Shown: positions 17,225 through 26,240 of the stretch, in pieces
Position numbering within the stretch: position 1 is the first letter of the stretch
Layout: every line of letters begins with the position of its first letter
From: Sedimentisphaera cyanobacteriorum
GTDB lineage: Bacteria > Planctomycetota > Phycisphaerae > Sedimentisphaerales > Sedimentisphaeraceae
Direction: 5' to 3'
Assembly (NCBI RefSeq): GCF_001997385.1
Contig: NZ_CP019633.1
Coordinates: 180,001 to 212,000 of the forward strand
Length of the DNA: 32,000 nucleotides
Position numbers and translations under genes: made by a program
Notes under the pieces: generated by a model
What the model was told of the DNA's origin: nothing
The model's input: the letters and a program-made list of their open reading frames with translations, nothing else
Databases searched by the model: none

Positions 17225-20200
17225 ATGGCGAAAACTGATAAAAAAAATAAGGGTGCTAAAAATAAAGGCACATTTTTCAAGATTGCGGGAATAGCAGCAG
17301 GCATTGTTTTGCTTTTGATTGTTTTTTCGCCTCTGATTATCTCATTCAGTCCTGTGAGCAGTTTGGCAGTAGGTTTTGCTGAGAGCAAAACAGGGTTCGA
17401 TATAGAGCTCTCCCAGCTCAGGGTAGGCTGGACTAAAGGGATTATGATGTACGATGTGCATCTTAAAGACCCTGAAGGCAGAATCGACTTCAAGGCCGAT
17501 AAGTTTTTTATACATCCCTCTCTAACTGCTCTTTTAAGGAAAGAGGTTGACGTTAAAAAATGCCTCCTTGAGGGCAGCCGAACAACCTTGAAAATTGATA
17601 AGGCCGCTCTGAAGGAGGCCGGCAAAAAAGCGAAAACAGCCTATTCTGATATATCATACGCTAATGATTATGCAGAGGCTTCATTAAGCCCGGACTTCTT
17701 TACAGCTTTGAATTCGGTTAAGAGGTTCAGGATTAATTTGAAAGATTGCGCAGTGAGCTTGGTAGATGCTGAACAGGCAGACCTGTTTGAGCTCAACAGC
17801 CTTCAAGGCAGAATTAAGCTTAACCCCCCAGGGGAAACTTCCGGAGCTGATTTGGTGGGCAGGCTGAAGCAGGGTGAATCCAGCGCACCGCTTAAATTTT
17901 TCGCTTTGCTTAATAGAAAGCCTTCCCTTCTCTCGCTTAAGGGTATTTCCGCAAAAATTGACGCATCGGTTCAAAGGCTTCAGCTCGAAGGTCTAAAGCC
18001 TTTGATGGATCTGGCAGGGCAGGATTTTAATTTTCAAGGGGTTGCTGATGCCGAAATTTCTCTCTCTGCTGAAGAGGGGATGTTTAATGAGTCTGAGGTT
18101 AAGGTTAAGTCTGAAGGGCTTGCCGCTGCTTTCCCCGAGAGGGCATTCAAAGAGCTTAAATTCGGGGATACTTCTCTGAAGCTGCTTTTCAAAACAGATG
18201 AAGGCTTTGTTGATATAATGGACTGCACCTGTCAGTCCGGTTTTTTTGATTTCAATCTTACAGGCCAGATTCCTAAAACATTTACAAGTCTTGTAGAAAT
18301 GATGAACGGAAAGTCTGAGGCCGAGCTTGAGGGCTTTTTCAATCTCGATATGCCGAAAGCTTTTGGGCGTCTGCCTGAAGAAAGCAAAAACGAAAACTTC
18401 GATCTTCAGAGCGGCAAGATAGCAGGGCGGATTTCAACAGAAACCTTAGGCGAGGGCAAAATCCTTCTTGCCAATATGAATATGGTAGATTTTGAGGGAA
18501 TCGCAAACGGTAAAAATCTCACTCTCAGCCCTGTTAAGTTGAACTGCGAGATTATCTCAAGAAATCAGCGGCTCTGGATAGACCCAATCGAAATCGTTTC
18601 CGGTTTTGGCAAGGTAAGGTGTTCCGGTCCGTATAGTGATATGTCATTCAACGGCACAATAAATCTCAAGGACTTGCAGAATGAGCTTTCAGGGTTTGTG
18701 AAATTCGGGGAGTATAAATTGTCCGGCGAGGCTAATATCGTGGGTGATGTGCTTCCGGAAAACAAAATCCTGAGCGGTGCTGTTCAGATAAAAGATTTTG
18801 TTTTGAACAACAGCTACGGCATGAAATGGATAGACCCTTTCATAGATTTAACGTTTGGATTCAAAAATGACCCGATTGAGAAGAAGCTATGGCTTACAAG
18901 TCTTTATCTAAAATCCGATTATCTCGGTGAATATGAGCTCTTGCAGGGATATTTCGATTACGACCCCAAATCCAGTGAAGAGTTTGTGATGCTCTTTAAT
19001 TACAAAAATCTTTTCGAAAGGGCAGAATACCTTATTACTCTTTTTGATGCTCTGGATAAACCCGCAAACCTTGCAGGCAGATACTCCACTACCACCAAGA
19101 TTGTTAAATATGAAGATGGTATACGTTTTATTACAGACGATATGTCTTTTCAGGATGTTGCTTTTGGCGGAGAGGATAACAAAACCGAAGTTACAGATTT
19201 CAGCATTTCTTCGAATTTGTTTTGGCAGCCGGATGCAGCGAAATTTACATCCAATGATTTTGAAATTAAAAACGAATGGCTTACTTTAGATTTCAGTGAT
19301 CTTATTGTTGATTATTCTGACCAGTCAGACATAATTTTTGATTCAACGCTTGAAACGGTGTACGACCTCGATTTTATGCAGCTCTATCTTACTGAAAAGA
19401 CAGGTCAGGATTTCAAGGCCTCCGGAAAAAGAACTCTACCAGCTTCTTTAAGCACAAATTTCCCCATGAAAAATCCGAAAGAAGCGATAAATAATTTAAA
19501 CGCGGAATTCCAGCTCGGCTTCGACAGCTTGTACTATAAAGGCCTTAGCTTTGAGAAGTCTAATGTAAAGTTCCTTGTTGAAAACGGTTTTTTCACTGTC
19601 CCGAAAACAGCAATTGGAGTTAATAACGGAAGCCTTAATTTTGCGATTGAGGCAGACCTTGCTGAAACACCGATAGTTCTCAAACTTTCAGAGGGTATGA
19701 AAGTGCTGGATGAAGTGGAGATAAATGAGGTGCTCGCAGGGCAGCTCGCTGCTTACGGGAATCCGGTTTTCTCCGATTCCATGGATTGCAGCGGAAGCGT
19801 GAATCTATACTGCGATAAGCTTGAAGTACCTCTGACAAAAAATCCCGCAGAAACCGCAGAATTACAGGCAACTGCCGAATCTTCTCAAATCAGGGCGATG
19901 CCTGCCGGTATGCTCAGGCAGCTTATGCACATTATGGGCGAATCAGCTAATTCTATGGTTAGCTACCGACTCAGGCCGGTGGATTTGCAGTTAAAAGACG
20001 GCGTCTTTACGTATAACAATATGATTCTTGAAGTAGATGATAAAGAATTCAAGTTTAACGGAAATATTAAAACAGATGGTACTATGGATATGGAGATTGC
20101 CATTCCGTATCGTTTCGAGGGGCTTAATCTTGTAGAAACCCAGAGCGGGCAGTTCGGCATTACCCTGCCTCTAACCGGCAGCGCATCAAATCCTGAGATT

Positions 20201-20284
20201 GATACAGAAGACCTGCTCCAGAAGAATACAGAATCGATAATAAAGACCGGCCTTCAGGAAGGCCTCAAGAAACTGCTGGATTGA
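17225..20284 (+). CDS. Large (1019 aa) N-terminally anchored AsmA-like/TamB-like envelope protein
   Basis: Has a basic N-terminus and a single TM segment (FFKIAGIAAGIVLLLIVF), then an AsmA-type opening (GFDIELSQLRVGWTKGIMMYDVHLKDPEG). The body is long and beta-rich, and the C-terminus is AsmA_2-like (FGITLPLTGSASNPEID). Confidence 0.5.
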   Translation: MAKTDKKNKGAKNKGTFFKIAGIAAGIVLLLIVFSPLIISFSPVSSLAVGFAESKTGFDIELSQLRVGWTKGIMMYDVHLKDPEGRIDFKADKFFIHPSLTALLRKEVDVKKCLLEGSRTTLKIDKAALKEAGKKAKTAYSDISYANDYAEASLSPDFFTALNSVKRFRINLKDCAVSLVDAEQADLFELNSLQGRIKLNPPGETSGADLVGRLKQGESSAPLKFFALLNRKPSLLSLKGISAKIDASVQRLQLEGLKPLMDLAGQDFNFQGVADAEISLSAEEGMFNESEVKVKSEGLAAAFPERAFKELKFGDTSLKLLFKTDEGFVDIMDCTCQSGFFDFNLTGQIPKTFTSLVEMMNGKSEAELEGFFNLDMPKAFGRLPEESKNENFDLQSGKIAGRISTETLGEGKILLANMNMVDFEGIANGKNLTLSPVKLNCEIISRNQRLWIDPIEIVSGFGKVRCSGPYSDMSFNGTINLKDLQNELSGFVKFGEYKLSGEANIVGDVLPENKILSGAVQIKDFVLNNSYGMKWIDPFIDLTFGFKNDPIEKKLWLTSLYLKSDYLGEYELLQGYFDYDPKSSEEFVMLFNYKNLFERAEYLITLFDALDKPANLAGRYSTTTKIVKYEDGIRFITDDMSFQDVAFGGEDNKTEVTDFSISSNLFWQPDAAKFTSNDFEIKNEWLTLDFSDLIVDYSDQSDIIFDSTLETVYDLDFMQLYLTEKTGQDFKASGKRTLPASLSTNFPMKNPKEAINNLNAEFQLGFDSLYYKGLSFEKSNVKFLVENGFFTVPKTAIGVNNGSLNFAIEADLAETPIVLKLSEGMKVLDEVEINEVLAGQLAAYGNPVFSDSMDCSGSVNLYCDKLEVPLTKNPAETAELQATAESSQIRAMPAGMLRQLMHIMGESANSMVSYRLRPVDLQLKDGVFTYNNMILEVDDKEFKFNGNIKTDGTMDMEIAIPYRFEGLNLVETQSGQFGITLPLTGSASNPEIDTEDLLQKNTESIIKTGLQEGLKKLLD

Positions 20285-20285
20285 A

Positions 20286-21605
20286 ATGAATAGTATTCGG
20301 GAAAAAATTTCACAGCACATTAAAAACCCAGCCGAGGGTATCGGGGCATTCAGCAGTTTTCTGATGTTTCAGTTTCGTATTTGGCCGCTCTGTTTCAAGC
20401 AGTTAAAGACAAACCGTTCAGACCTGCAGGCAGCAGCCCTCGCCTACAATACCATTTTCGGTTTTATTCCGCTTTTGATAGTTGTGCTTATTTTGTTTCA
20501 GAGCCTTCCGGGCTATGAAGATATCGGCAACACAATTAGGGATTCGATTTTCGAGGCGGTTCAGATAGATGAATTTTCATATTCTGATCCCGAAAACCCA
20601 GATGAAAAAGTGCAGCTGGGAGAACGCTTTTCGGAAATTGTTTCCGGCTTTTTCAAAAAGACCAATAGAGGCGCTGCTACAATCTTCAGTCTGCTTATTG
20701 TTTTATGGGCGGCGATTAAACTTATCAGCACTGTTGAAGGGGCTTTCAATTATGTATGGGGGGTAAACCGAAACAGACCCTTCATTTACAGGGTGTTTTA
20801 CTACTGGACAATACTCACCCTCGGTCCTTTGTTGATTGGTGCCGGGATATATTTCAAAACTATGGGCGTGATTACTGAGCACCTCGACGGAATCGTAAGC
20901 GTGGTAACGGTTCTGGGAGGCTGGAACTGGATTCTTACTATACTGTCTTTTTATTTGCTTTTCTGGTCTATGCCAAACACAAAGGTAAAGCCTCACGCTG
21001 CATTCTGGGGGGCTCTTGTAACAACCCTTATTTGGACTTTCGTAAAAAAAATATACGGCTACTACGTTTTTGAATTTGAGCCTTTCAAACAGCTCTATGG
21101 AGTGCTTGCACTTATCCCCATTACAATCCTATGGATTAATATTTCGTGGCTTATAGTGCTCTTCGGGGTGCACCTGTCTTTTATTGTGCAGAATTTTAGG
21201 GAGCTGGATGCCGCCGAGAAAATCTCAGAAGAAGCAGGGAAATTCTATTACCCCTCCAAAGACTGCGCACTTCAGATTGCTGCTTTTGTAGGGGAAAACT
21301 TTGATTCAGGCAAAGAGCCGGTAACAGAAGAACAGGTTTACAAAAAATTCGGAGTGCCATATCATTTCATAACAGACCTCCTCGGGGAGTTTGTTGAGAA
21401 GGGCATTCTATATGAAGTGGGCGAGCAGGTAGTGGGGTATATACCGTCAAAATCTACAGACAAGATGAATTTAAGCGAAGTTGCGTCTGTTATAGATGAC
21501 ATGCCCCGTGTCTATGCCAGCAGTGAATATGAATCTGTGGACGGGCAGTTAAACAATACTCTCAAAAACCTTACTCTTGCTGATATGATTAAGGGCAAAA
21601 AGTAA
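20286..21605 (+). CDS. YihY/BrkB (virulence factor BrkB, formerly RNase BN) family membrane protein with a soluble C-terminal extension of about 140 aa
   Basis: Contains AAALAYNTIFGFIPLLIV and NYVWGV and has 6 TM segments. The start is 1 nt after the AsmA-like stop. Confidence 0.8.
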   Translation: MNSIREKISQHIKNPAEGIGAFSSFLMFQFRIWPLCFKQLKTNRSDLQAAALAYNTIFGFIPLLIVVLILFQSLPGYEDIGNTIRDSIFEAVQIDEFSYSDPENPDEKVQLGERFSEIVSGFFKKTNRGAATIFSLLIVLWAAIKLISTVEGAFNYVWGVNRNRPFIYRVFYYWTILTLGPLLIGAGIYFKTMGVITEHLDGIVSVVTVLGGWNWILTILSFYLLFWSMPNTKVKPHAAFWGALVTTLIWTFVKKIYGYYVFEFEPFKQLYGVLALIPITILWINISWLIVLFGVHLSFIVQNFRELDAAEKISEEAGKFYYPSKDCALQIAAFVGENFDSGKEPVTEEQVYKKFGVPYHFITDLLGEFVEKGILYEVGEQVVGYIPSKSTDKMNLSEVASVIDDMPRVYASSEYESVDGQLNNTLKNLTLADMIKGKK

Positions 21606-21607
21606 TC

Positions 21608-22837
21608 TTGCTTGAATACATAATAAAAGGAAGACTGCTAACAACAAGGATTGCAATGTTCGCTGCAGTTCTTGTTTTATTCCTCACAGGAATTTCAACT
21701 ATCTATGCAGCTGAGCCGGATTCAATAGGATGGCTTAAGCAGCTGGTGTATTTTGCAATAGGACTCGCAGCTTTCGCTTTGGTCAATAAGGTGCATTATA
21801 AAGACCTTGGCGTATTCAGTTTCTGGATTTACGGGGCAGTGCTGTTTCTTCTTGCTGTTCTGCTGATTGAGCGGTTTATCCCAATGCCGGGGTTCTGGCG
21901 CAGCATTGTGCCGGTAGTCAACGGCGCAAGAAGATGGATCAGGATAGGTCCTGTACAAGTGCAGCCTTCGGAATTCTGCAAAATTGCTTTTATACTTTCG
22001 CTTGCATGGTATCTTCGCTTCCGCGAAAACTACAGAACAATCAAAGGGCTTTTCCCTCCATTTGCCATAACTTTTCTTGCTATGGGGCTTATTATCCTCG
22101 AGCCTGACCTCGGAACGGTGATTCTCCTTCTGCCTGTTTTGTTTGGGATGCTGTTTGCAGCAGGAGCCAAAAAGAGGCATCTTATTTCGGTGATACTCAT
22201 AGGCCTTTTTCTAAGTCCGGTGCTGTGGATGAATATGCACTCATACCAGAGAACTCGTGTGGCAAGCGTGATACTCCAGAATGATTTTGTTTACGACTAC
22301 GCCTCTAAACACGAAAAAGCAGCGGAGATTCTCGTTGGCGGGCCTGCCGAGCTTATACGCTGGAAGAAAGACAAAGGCTATCATCTTATGCACTCCAAGA
22401 ATGCAATCGCCAGCGGCGGAATCACCGGCTACGGCTGGGGCCAAGGCCCGTATATGGACGGAACGATAAAACTTCCCGAGGCTCATAATGATTTCGTTTT
22501 CTCTCTTATAGCACATCAGTGGGGGCTTATAGGCTGCATTTTTGTCTTTCTTCTTTATACAACTGTTGCCGCCTGCGGGCTCGAGATATCCCGATTCAAC
22601 CCCGACCCATTCGGGAAGCTGATTTCAGTGGGAATTGTGGTAATGCTGATGATGCAGGTTATAGTTAATGTTTCTATGACTGTAGGCCTTATGCCCATCA
22701 CCGGGCTCACTCTGCCTTTCGTAAGCTACGGCGGCTCAAGTCTTGTGGTTAATATGATTGCCCTCGGCCTTTTGAATAATGTCGGCAGACACCGCTCTTT
22801 CACTGTGGCTGCAAGGGCATTTGAATACCCCCGCTAA
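21608..22837 (+). CDS. SEDS-family peptidoglycan glycosyltransferase (FtsW/RodA/SpoVE; RodA-like, not in a dcw cluster)
   Basis: Contains QPSEFCKI, LEPDLGT, SKNAIASGGITGYGWGQG, LPEAHNDFVFS and LPFVSYGGSS. The track start is the TTG at 21608. The alternative ATG at 21656 has a better SD (AAGGA) but removes the positively charged N-terminal tail. Confidence 0.88.
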   Translation: MLEYIIKGRLLTTRIAMFAAVLVLFLTGISTIYAAEPDSIGWLKQLVYFAIGLAAFALVNKVHYKDLGVFSFWIYGAVLFLLAVLLIERFIPMPGFWRSIVPVVNGARRWIRIGPVQVQPSEFCKIAFILSLAWYLRFRENYRTIKGLFPPFAITFLAMGLIILEPDLGTVILLLPVLFGMLFAAGAKKRHLISVILIGLFLSPVLWMNMHSYQRTRVASVILQNDFVYDYASKHEKAAEILVGGPAELIRWKKDKGYHLMHSKNAIASGGITGYGWGQGPYMDGTIKLPEAHNDFVFSLIAHQWGLIGCIFVFLLYTTVAACGLEISRFNPDPFGKLISVGIVVMLMMQVIVNVSMTVGLMPITGLTLPFVSYGGSSLVVNMIALGLLNNVGRHRSFTVAARAFEYPR

Positions 22838-23002
22838 AATATCGAAAAACCAAAAGCATAAAAAGTTCACTGACTGCCGTTTTTTTTTGTGATTTTTCTT
22901 GAATCGGAGTATGAATTTTGGTATTTTGGCTTACGGTATATTGATTGATTGTAATTGAATGTACCGAAAAGGGAAATTTTAAGCTTTATAAGGAGTAATA
23001 TT

Positions 23003-23215
23003 ATGAAGTTGGATCCGTTAAACTGGATAGCCCTGATTCTCACAGTTATCGGCGGCCTGAACTGGGGGCTGGTAGGTCTTTTCAAATTTGATCTTGTAGC
23101 TACTCTGTTCGGCGATATGTCGCCAATTTCCCGTGCGGTTTATATCATAGTGGCACTGGCAGCATTGCTGCTCGTTTTCGCTGCTATGTCCGGCTCGAAA
23201 AAATCAGAACAATAG
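23003..23215 (+). CDS. DUF378 (YuzA-like) small membrane protein, 70 aa
   Basis: Contains MKLDPLNWIALILTVIGGLNWGLVGLFKFDLVATLFG. The ATG at 23003 is preceded by AAGGAG at about 8 nt. The track's upstream start at 22955 adds a non-conserved extension. Confidence 0.8.
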   Translation: MKLDPLNWIALILTVIGGLNWGLVGLFKFDLVATLFGDMSPISRAVYIIVALAALLLVFAAMSGSKKSEQ

Positions 23216-23336
23216 CTTTTAAGGCTTAAAAACGCTTGCAATATTTTGAATGCGTGATCCGAGAAGCCTGAAAGAATTACATTTAATTGCTGGCTTAAGA
23301 CCTTAATCTATTTAAGAAGGGCAGCTTGGCAGCTTT

Positions 23337-24611
23337 TTAACTGCTTGATCTGTTCACCGAGCGGAACTGTCTGGGAGTAAGCCCTACCAGCTCTTTGAAT
23401 GTTCTGGTAAAGTAGCTTTGGTTGTTGTAGCCAACATTAAAGCATATTTCAGTGCAGTTCATATTCGTTGAAAGAAGCAGGTTCTTTGCCTGTTCGATTC
23501 TGGCCTGCGTTATGTAATCAACGATGGTCATCCCTGTTTCTTCTTTAAAGATATGCGCAAGCCTTGAGGGGCTCAGATGAGATGCCTTAGCAACATCTGC
23601 AAGGGTAATGTGCTGTCTGTAATTTTGGTCTATGTATTCTGTGGCAGGGCGGATCTGCGATATTTTTCTTGAATTTGCCGTGTCGTGTACGAGCTCGATA
23701 AAGTCGTCTGTCGCCCGTCCCACCCATGCGCAGAGCTCCTTCTGGTCTGAGACATCTATCAGCTGTGTAATATTTTTCAGATTTCGCTCAAGCATAATAT
23801 CTATGTCCACTCCTCCCTCAGCAGCGGCTCTGCTCAATACGCTGATAAGCTCAAGCAGGCGTGCCTTCAGAACGTTCAGCTCTCCCGGCGATTTGAGCAT
23901 AATAGAGGCAAGCATACAGTTCAGAATTTCTCGTGTTTGGGTTTTATCACCTATCCGAACCTTGCTCATAAGCTTCTTTTCGTATTCGTAAGGTGTGCTT
24001 GATACGTTTTTGAGGCGTTTCTGCTCTGCAATATATTCCCCAATCTCAGCCTGCTGTCGTGAAAGCTCTCTCTGCCACTGCAGCATTTTAGGGTTCAGTC
24101 TGGTCTCACTGTACAGGATGTCGTAGAGTCTCTCGCTTGCTGAATGGATCTTTCGGGGCGGGGTGTTGGGAAGCTCAAGCAGGGCATGCAGGATTTGGCT
24201 CTGGTCGTTTGTGATGCCTTTGAGCCGTTTTTTTATGTCTTTAAGAAGGCTTTGGCATACGTTTTCGCAGAGGCATTTCCCGAAGAAAAGTCCTCCAAGC
24301 TGAGTGTCCTGATCTACCACGGGAACGCAGCCCAGAAGGATGCCTGCATGGCATATAGTGATATACGGCTGCCCGATCTCCATAGACATCCTGATGCTGT
24401 CTGCACGCTGCTTGCGGCACCTCTCTCTCCCTTCATCCGAGCAGTTTACTATCTCGCAGAATTCCACCTGCCCAGCTTTCTCAGGCGTGAAAACAGTGTC
24501 GCCGAAGGTGTTTGAAGCCCAGATGTCTTCCCCGAAATTCTTCCAGAAAATCCTGCTTGCCTTCTCAAGCTCTTCTTTGGATATATGTTCAAACATCTTT
24601 TCAGAATTCAT
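23337..24611 (-). CDS. AraC-family transcriptional regulator with an N-terminal PocR-type sensory domain
   Basis: The N-terminus FCEIVNCSDEGRERCRKQRADS...GQPYITICHAGILLGCVPVV matches the PocR domain pattern. The C-terminus is a dual-HTH AraC domain (ITLADVAKASHLSPSRLAHIFKEETG...CFNVGYNNQSYFTRTFKELVGLTPRQFR). Confidence 0.85.
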   Translation of the reverse strand: MNSEKMFEHISKEELEKASRIFWKNFGEDIWASNTFGDTVFTPEKAGQVEFCEIVNCSDEGRERCRKQRADSIRMSMEIGQPYITICHAGILLGCVPVVDQDTQLGGLFFGKCLCENVCQSLLKDIKKRLKGITNDQSQILHALLELPNTPPRKIHSASERLYDILYSETRLNPKMLQWQRELSRQQAEIGEYIAEQKRLKNVSSTPYEYEKKLMSKVRIGDKTQTREILNCMLASIMLKSPGELNVLKARLLELISVLSRAAAEGGVDIDIMLERNLKNITQLIDVSDQKELCAWVGRATDDFIELVHDTANSRKISQIRPATEYIDQNYRQHITLADVAKASHLSPSRLAHIFKEETGMTIVDYITQARIEQAKNLLLSTNMNCTEICFNVGYNNQSYFTRTFKELVGLTPRQFRSVNRSSS

Positions 24612-24802
24612 TTTCTTCTCTCCAAGGGCTTCAAAAACGAAATGAATACAGAGTAGATTTTAGATATTCAGCAAGATAATGTCAATCTCACAGCCAAATA
24701 ATTTTACAATAAACTCCCTGAATCTGGTGTTATGCAAGGCGCATTCCTCAACTTAAGCAGGGATTCGCAGGATGATGAGGTTGTAATAAAACGCTTTACT
24801 CT

Positions 24803-24883
24803 GGTTAGAACCTGCAATGGAATGTGATCTAACCCGCCAAAAAACCTGCAAGTTCTCGTTGCTGGTGCAGGTGTTGTTTTTTT
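24803..24883 (+). promoter_or_regulatory. Two adjacent hairpins, the second followed by a T7 run (terminator/attenuator-like), within the 612-bp divergent intergenic region
   Basis: Hairpin 1 pairs GGTTAGA (24803-24809) with TCTAACC (24828-24834). Hairpin 2 pairs ACCTGCA (24844-24850) with TGCAGGT (24866-24872) and is followed by GTTGTTTTTTT (to 24883). The hairpin 1 loop contains a second ACCTGCA copy (24810-24816) that could pair with the same TGCAGGT. Confidence 0.35.
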
Positions 24884-25223
24884 GGAGGAATCCCTGTCTC
24901 GCAATTCAGTAACGGGTCAATAAGCAAAAAAAGTTTTTTATTGTCTAAATATTTAATCTCACGGAGATATTTATAATAAATGCAGCCATTTTTCAGCCGA
25001 TTGGTGATGCTTGAGATGGATTTCAAGCCGTTAAACAAAATGAAATATGGTGATACTTTTGTGAAAAGTGGTGTTGAAGACGGTTCGAATAAATGATATC
25101 TTACCATATATTGCTTTGGCTTGATGTTTCAGCATTAAGATTAACCTTTGGATTTACAGTAAAGATTTTAGCAGACGGCCATTTGATTACATTAGAACCT
25201 TAATATTCTAGAAAGGATATTCA

Positions 25224-26120
25224 ATGAAAAGGTTTAACAAAACATCTTTAAATGAAGAAGTTTCACCCAACTTAGGTATAGAATGCCAAAATTTATTGCC
25301 TAACATTTACAACCGCCGCTCGCAGGCAGGTTTCACATTGATCGAGCTGCTTGTTGTAATTTCAATAATTGCTCTGCTTATGGCTGTTCTGATGCCTGCG
25401 CTTGGGATGGCTCGTACTCAAGCTAAACGAACAGTATGCCAGACCCATCTCAAACAATGGGGAGCTATCTACACGATGTACACTAATGATAATGATTCTC
25501 GTTTCCCCCCGAGCTGCTTAGACCCGGAATTTAACCCGCGAGGTTCCGGCACATGGTTTGTTGTTATGAGGCCGTACTATCAAGATCCTGAAATTTTGGA
25601 ATGCGCTGCAGCGACCAAAGCTCCAGAGCAGAGACCTGAGCGTTTCAATAACCGTTGGAACTGGCGATTTAGTTGGTGGGGGAGTCTCTTTACTCAGTTA
25701 ATGGAGGAGGACGAAGAGATCGCTGATATCGAGGGCAGCTACGGTCAAAACTGGTGGATAACCAGCACTGAAGAATCGGATGGCGGTGCCTATCCGGATA
25801 AGAATAAATTTAAGCGTATAACAGAGATGCGGTCTCCTCGCCAAGTTCCAATGCTCGGTGATTGCGGCGCGTTTCTAACTCGTCCTACCAGGGACGCTCA
25901 ACCGCCTGAGAATGATGGTGATTATGATTATGCTACCAGCGATGAGATGAGGCGAGTATGCACGAACCGGCATGACACAGGCGGAGTGAACTGGGTCTTT
26001 GCAGATGGTTCGGTTAGTGAAATCCTGCTCAAGAATCTTTGGGAAACAGAATGGCACAAAAATTGGGAATCTCGAGAGATTACAGATTGGCCAGACTGGA
26101 TGCGTCAGCTGCCTGAGTAA
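25224..26120 (+). CDS. Prepilin-type N-terminal cleavage/methylation-domain protein with a C-terminal H-X9-DG-type motif (DUF1559-like pseudopilin)
   Basis: Contains ...RRSQAG|[44 protein letters not shown] and a C-terminal [17 protein letters not shown]. The SD is AAAGGA, 7 nt before the ATG. Confidence 0.88.
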   Translation: MKRFNKTSLNEEVSPNLGIECQNLLPNIYNRRSQAGFTLIELLVVISIIALLMAVLMPALGMARTQAKRTVCQTHLKQWGAIYTMYTNDNDSRFPPSCLDPEFNPRGSGTWFVVMRPYYQDPEILECAAATKAPEQRPERFNNRWNWRFSWWGSLFTQLMEEDEEIADIEGSYGQNWWITSTEESDGGAYPDKNKFKRITEMRSPRQVPMLGDCGAFLTRPTRDAQPPENDGDYDYATSDEMRRVCTNRHDTGGVNWVFADGSVSEILLKNLWETEWHKNWESREITDWPDWMRQLPE

Positions 26121-26186
26121 AGGATTGTGCAAGGATTAATTTTTAGTGTGGTAAATTTTTTAATTTTTTTGAAAGGATTGTGTATC

Positions 26187-26219
26187 ATGAAAAGGTTTTT
26201 TAGTTTAATTATGCTGATG
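26187..26219 (+). pseudogene. Orphaned 5' end (MKRFFSLIMLM) of the CBM-like/Ig/LamG gene, separated from its body by the IS insertion
   Basis: ATG at 26187 with an AAAGGA SD 9 nt upstream. It encodes a K/R n-region and the start of a hydrophobic core, then runs directly into the left IS inverted repeat. It joins in frame to 27877 onward once the IS and one TSD copy are removed. Confidence 0.8.
26214..26219. repeat. Target-site duplication, left copy (CTGATG)
   Basis: An identical hexamer flanks the right IR at 27871-27876. The alternative reading is a 4-bp TSD (TGAT) with 12-bp IRs. Confidence 0.8.
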
Positions 26220-26230
26220 AGCCTGTTGCA
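26220..26230. repeat. IS terminal inverted repeat (end distal to the transposase start)
   Basis: AGCCTGTTGCA is the exact reverse complement of 27860-27870. Similarity continues imperfectly for about 10 more nt inward. Confidence 0.85.
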
Positions 26231-26240
26231 CAATGATTTT

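Noticed and set aside
22880-22888. A T9 run shortly after the SEDS gene stop, a possible terminator tail.
   Set aside because: I could not find a convincing GC-rich stem immediately upstream, so I do not call a terminator.
22955-23002. The upstream start for the DUF378 ORF given in the track (86 aa).
   Set aside because: The ATG at 23003 is preceded by AAGGAG at ideal spacing and yields the canonical ~70-aa DUF378 protein starting MKLDPLNW.
24980-25096. A 38-codon plus-strand ORF (MQPFFSRLVMLEMDFKPLNKMKYGDTFVKSGVEDGSNK) in the divergent intergenic region.
   Set aside because: The GGAG lies 13 nt upstream, which is a long spacing. There is no recognisable motif and the region is AT-rich, where such ORFs arise by chance.
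24704-25107. Minus-strand track ORFs of 66 aa and 92 aa in the AraC/pseudopilin intergenic region.
   Set aside because: They have no SD and their translations look non-protein-like. The region is better explained as regulatory or structured RNA.
26119-26182. An 11-bp direct repeat AAAGGATTGTG at 26119-26129 and 26172-26182, plus AAGGATTA at 26131-26138.
   Set aside because: The second copy is simply the Shine-Dalgarno region of the downstream gene, and the first overlaps the stop codon of the pseudopilin gene. With only two copies and SD-like content this may be coincidence. It could be an operator but I cannot support that.
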